From assembly GCF_006345805.1 (NCBI RefSeq), contig NW_021834051.1, positions 1 to 23,486 of the forward strand: a DNA stretch of 23,486 nt. Direction: 5' to 3'. Source of the stretch: Octopus sinensis (Eukaryota). How positions within the stretch are numbered: the stretch's first letter is position 1; each line of letters opens with the position of its first letter. The translations under genes and the position numbers were made by a program. This document shows, piece after piece, positions 20,277-23,486 of the stretch. The notes under the pieces were generated by a model. It was not told the origin of the DNA. It searched no databases and saw nothing but the letters and a program-made list of their open reading frames with translations.

Positions 20277-20997
20277 AAACCACATATCATAACGAACTAA
20301 AAAATTGAATAAGAGAAGAAACGCGAGAAAATTGAGAAGTCAGTTTATAGAAAATGCTCGCACACACACGCGCGCGCTCGCTTACTATTTAGAAAAAGTA
20401 GATTCCTGCGACAACATGATGCAGTGATCTATCAAAAAAGAGTAATCCATCAAGCAAACTATTTCCTTTAAAACTAAGGTCTGTCATAACACTGAATTGC
20501 TTTAGGTTACAATCCGTTAATAATAAGACAGCTCTTCAGACTGCAGAATCTGTCTCAGAATTTCCGTCCGTAGCAAACATACAGAAACAACATACGTATA
20601 CATACACACATGCATACGTACACACGTATATACATACATAGATACACATATGCATACATGCACACATACATACGTAAACACATGCAATACATACATACAT
20701 ACATACATACATACATACATACATTATACATATATATATATATATATGTATGCATGTGTGTGCGAGTGTGTGGTTGTCTGTGAGCATATATATACGTATA
20801 TACATACATGCATATGTGTGTGTATGTGTGTGTGTGCGTGTGTGTGAATGTACGAATTATTATAAAAATATAAATCTATATCTACCTACATATTTATCAC
20901 TTTCTATCTCTTTCCCTCCTCTGTTTCTGTCTCTCGCTCTTGCTCTCTTTCGCTCTCTTTCGCTCTCTCTCTCTCTCTCTCTCTCTTCGTATATAGA

Positions 20998-21039
<42 letters not shown>

Positions 21040-21447
21040 CATATACACATACATACACACACACACACATATATATCAATATACATCAATATATATATAC
21101 GTTTCTTTTTATTTGTACAACTATAAATACAGATAAATGCGTATCTGTGTATATGTGCGCCCGTCCGTGTGCGTGTTTGTATTGGGAGACCTCAACAAAA
21201 ATAGTGCAAAAATATTTAAGAATATTGAAATCTATAAACAATAAATAATGCAAGTTGAATATGGCAGTTGAGCATGTTGGCGATGGGTTTAAAAAAGGAC
21301 TCACACCAACTGTCACGTGTGGTCATGCTCATTAGACATATGTCAATTTCAATAATGATTAATTACTCTCTGTAAACAATATTTCTGTATCTTTAATTAT
21401 ATTTTCAACCAAATATATATGTATGTGTAAATAGGTGTAGGTATGTG

Positions 21448-21513
<66 letters not shown>
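21448..21513. repeat. (TATC)n microsatellite
   Basis: Direct reading. Confidence 0.95.
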
Positions 21514-21514
<1 letters not shown>

Positions 21515-21643
21515 GTGTGGGTGTGCGCGCGTGTATGTATGTGTGCGTGTCTGTGTGTGTGTGAGTGTGCTTATATACGTTCATTCATACACACACATAT
21601 TCACATATAGAATGTTTATTTGTCTATATATATATAATATTAT

Positions 21644-21683
<40 letters not shown>

Positions 21684-21759
21684 GGATATAATGCACACGC
21701 ACTCACCCACACACACACATGCATATATTTACACATAAAAAGAATGAGAGAAACAAATG

Positions 21760-22077
<318 letters not shown>

Positions 22078-22965
22078 TCAGCATGTTGGAGAGAATTCTA
22101 CTTCAGTAGATGAATTATGAAAGTATGGAAAACTGAAACATTTCGAAAGTTGTATGATTAAAAAGGAAAAAAGATAATCTGAGGCTTTTAGGAGCAAAAT
22201 ACTCTCGAATATAATATAGAGTAATGTAATATTATACAACACAATATGTAATACAATATAGTTTACTATATGATATAATATAACGAGATATATAAGTGTA
22301 TATAAAACAGGTCGCTCAACTATATAAGCATTTACAAATATGTTTGCTATACAGGTACAATTAATTAAACTGGTAAAATTAATTTGAATATTAATTGTTG
22401 AACTGAATGAACAATGAAAACTAGGTATGCAATGGAATCAAATCTCAGTCATAACATTTCGGTTTATTTTGGTGGACGTTAATCTTACGAAAACTTGCTT
22501 CATTGAGTTGAAATCCAATCGTGATCAACTTTATATTTCATCCATTTTGGAGAGGACGGAGAGGATAAAGCAACAGTCAAGTACGGGAGAACATTGAATC
22601 ATTTGTACATAATCTCCTCAAAGAAATGTGGAGTTTTGCTTGAGTTAGGACACATCAGTTGCTTCTTTTCACAACGAGTGTAAATGGATTCAGCGATAAT
22701 TTTACGCGTCTATGCGTCAATACCTATGAATCTTGCCGTGTGTGTGTGTCCGTGCGTGCATGGGCAAGCGCGTATGTGTGTGTCCAAGTATTCTTTTAAT
22801 CTTTTATTCTTTTGTGTGCTGGAGCACAACCGTTCAAATGTGCAGAAAACAAAAAAGACAGGGACAGGTGAGGGAGCAACAAGCAGGTGTATTAGTTTGA
22901 GATACGGAAAAAAAGGGAAAAAAGCAAAATCGTGTCGGGATTAATGGTTCCACATGTTGTATATA

Positions 22966-23186
22966 TACAGGGCGGTGCAAAAGTAGGTGTGCAGTTATGA
23001 AAATGACACATACAATACTCAGTTATTTTTATCAAAAAAATTAAAAGTTATGATAAAAGTATTATTATGATTAATGACACTGAAAATATCAAAAATGAGG
23101 CTAATTTAATGAGCTAATAATTTTAATGAAGCATTATGACATCGGTGTGATACTTACTATATACCTATGTTTGCACCTCCTGTGTA
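22966..23186. mobile_element. Tc1/mariner-type MITE
   Basis: Left TACAGGGCGGTGCAAAAGTAGGT; the right end reverse-complemented is TACACAGGAGGTGCAAACATAGGT; TA at both ends; AT-rich interior. Confidence 0.65.
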
Positions 23187-23251
23187 TGTAGGGTGTATGT
23201 ATGTTGTATGTATGTATGTATGTATGTATGTATGTATATATATATAATATA

Positions 23252-23289
<38 letters not shown>

Positions 23290-23486
23290 CAAAGATTTTT
23301 CAAAATTTTCCAAAAATTTTTAAAAAAAATGTTTTCCTCCTTAGGACATTAAGGGGTTAATTATCTTAGGCTTCAATTGTATGCAAGAAATGTGTGTCGG
23401 AGCCAATGGGGACATCTGAAAGAATTTTGCAAAATCCCGTTAACTAGGTGCCCTCGGGCGAATAAAATGTGCTGTTTTTTTTGAGC

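Noticed and set aside
22317-22334. Possible 18-nt microexon (TACAG|GTACAATTAATTAAACTG|GTAAAA)
   Set aside because: Poor pyrimidine tract and weak donor context in very AT-rich DNA; likely chance.

Overview
This is AT-rich, microsatellite-dense eukaryotic DNA, probably intronic or intergenic. The repeat landscape (long TA, TACA, GATA and CA arrays plus abundant tRNA-derived SINEs) suggests a coleoid cephalopod, probably Octopus; this is inferred, not confirmed by a search. No intact host gene is visible, and nearly all ORF-track entries are microsatellite translations. Recognisable mobile DNA: a 5'-truncated Penelope-like element with a GIY-YIG endonuclease ORF (minus, ~265-1375), decayed RTE-type and CR1/Jockey-type LINE fragments, a Tc1 transposase remnant, a Helitron-like non-autonomous element, two MITEs, and many SINE copies from about four families. 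The main unexplained signal is five type I hammerhead ribozyme motifs (3263-3309 minus, 8004-8058 plus, 9370-9456 plus, 18776-18812 minus, 20232-20276 minus). Each differs in sequence and each has a palindromic stem III. Three lie in or between inverted repeats and four lie beside TA tracts. The 9370 motif has a complete core and an unusually long, structured stem II, and a Helitron-like element inserted at the end of its stem I. There is also a 21-nt microexon candidate at 2573-2593 and several fold-back structures.
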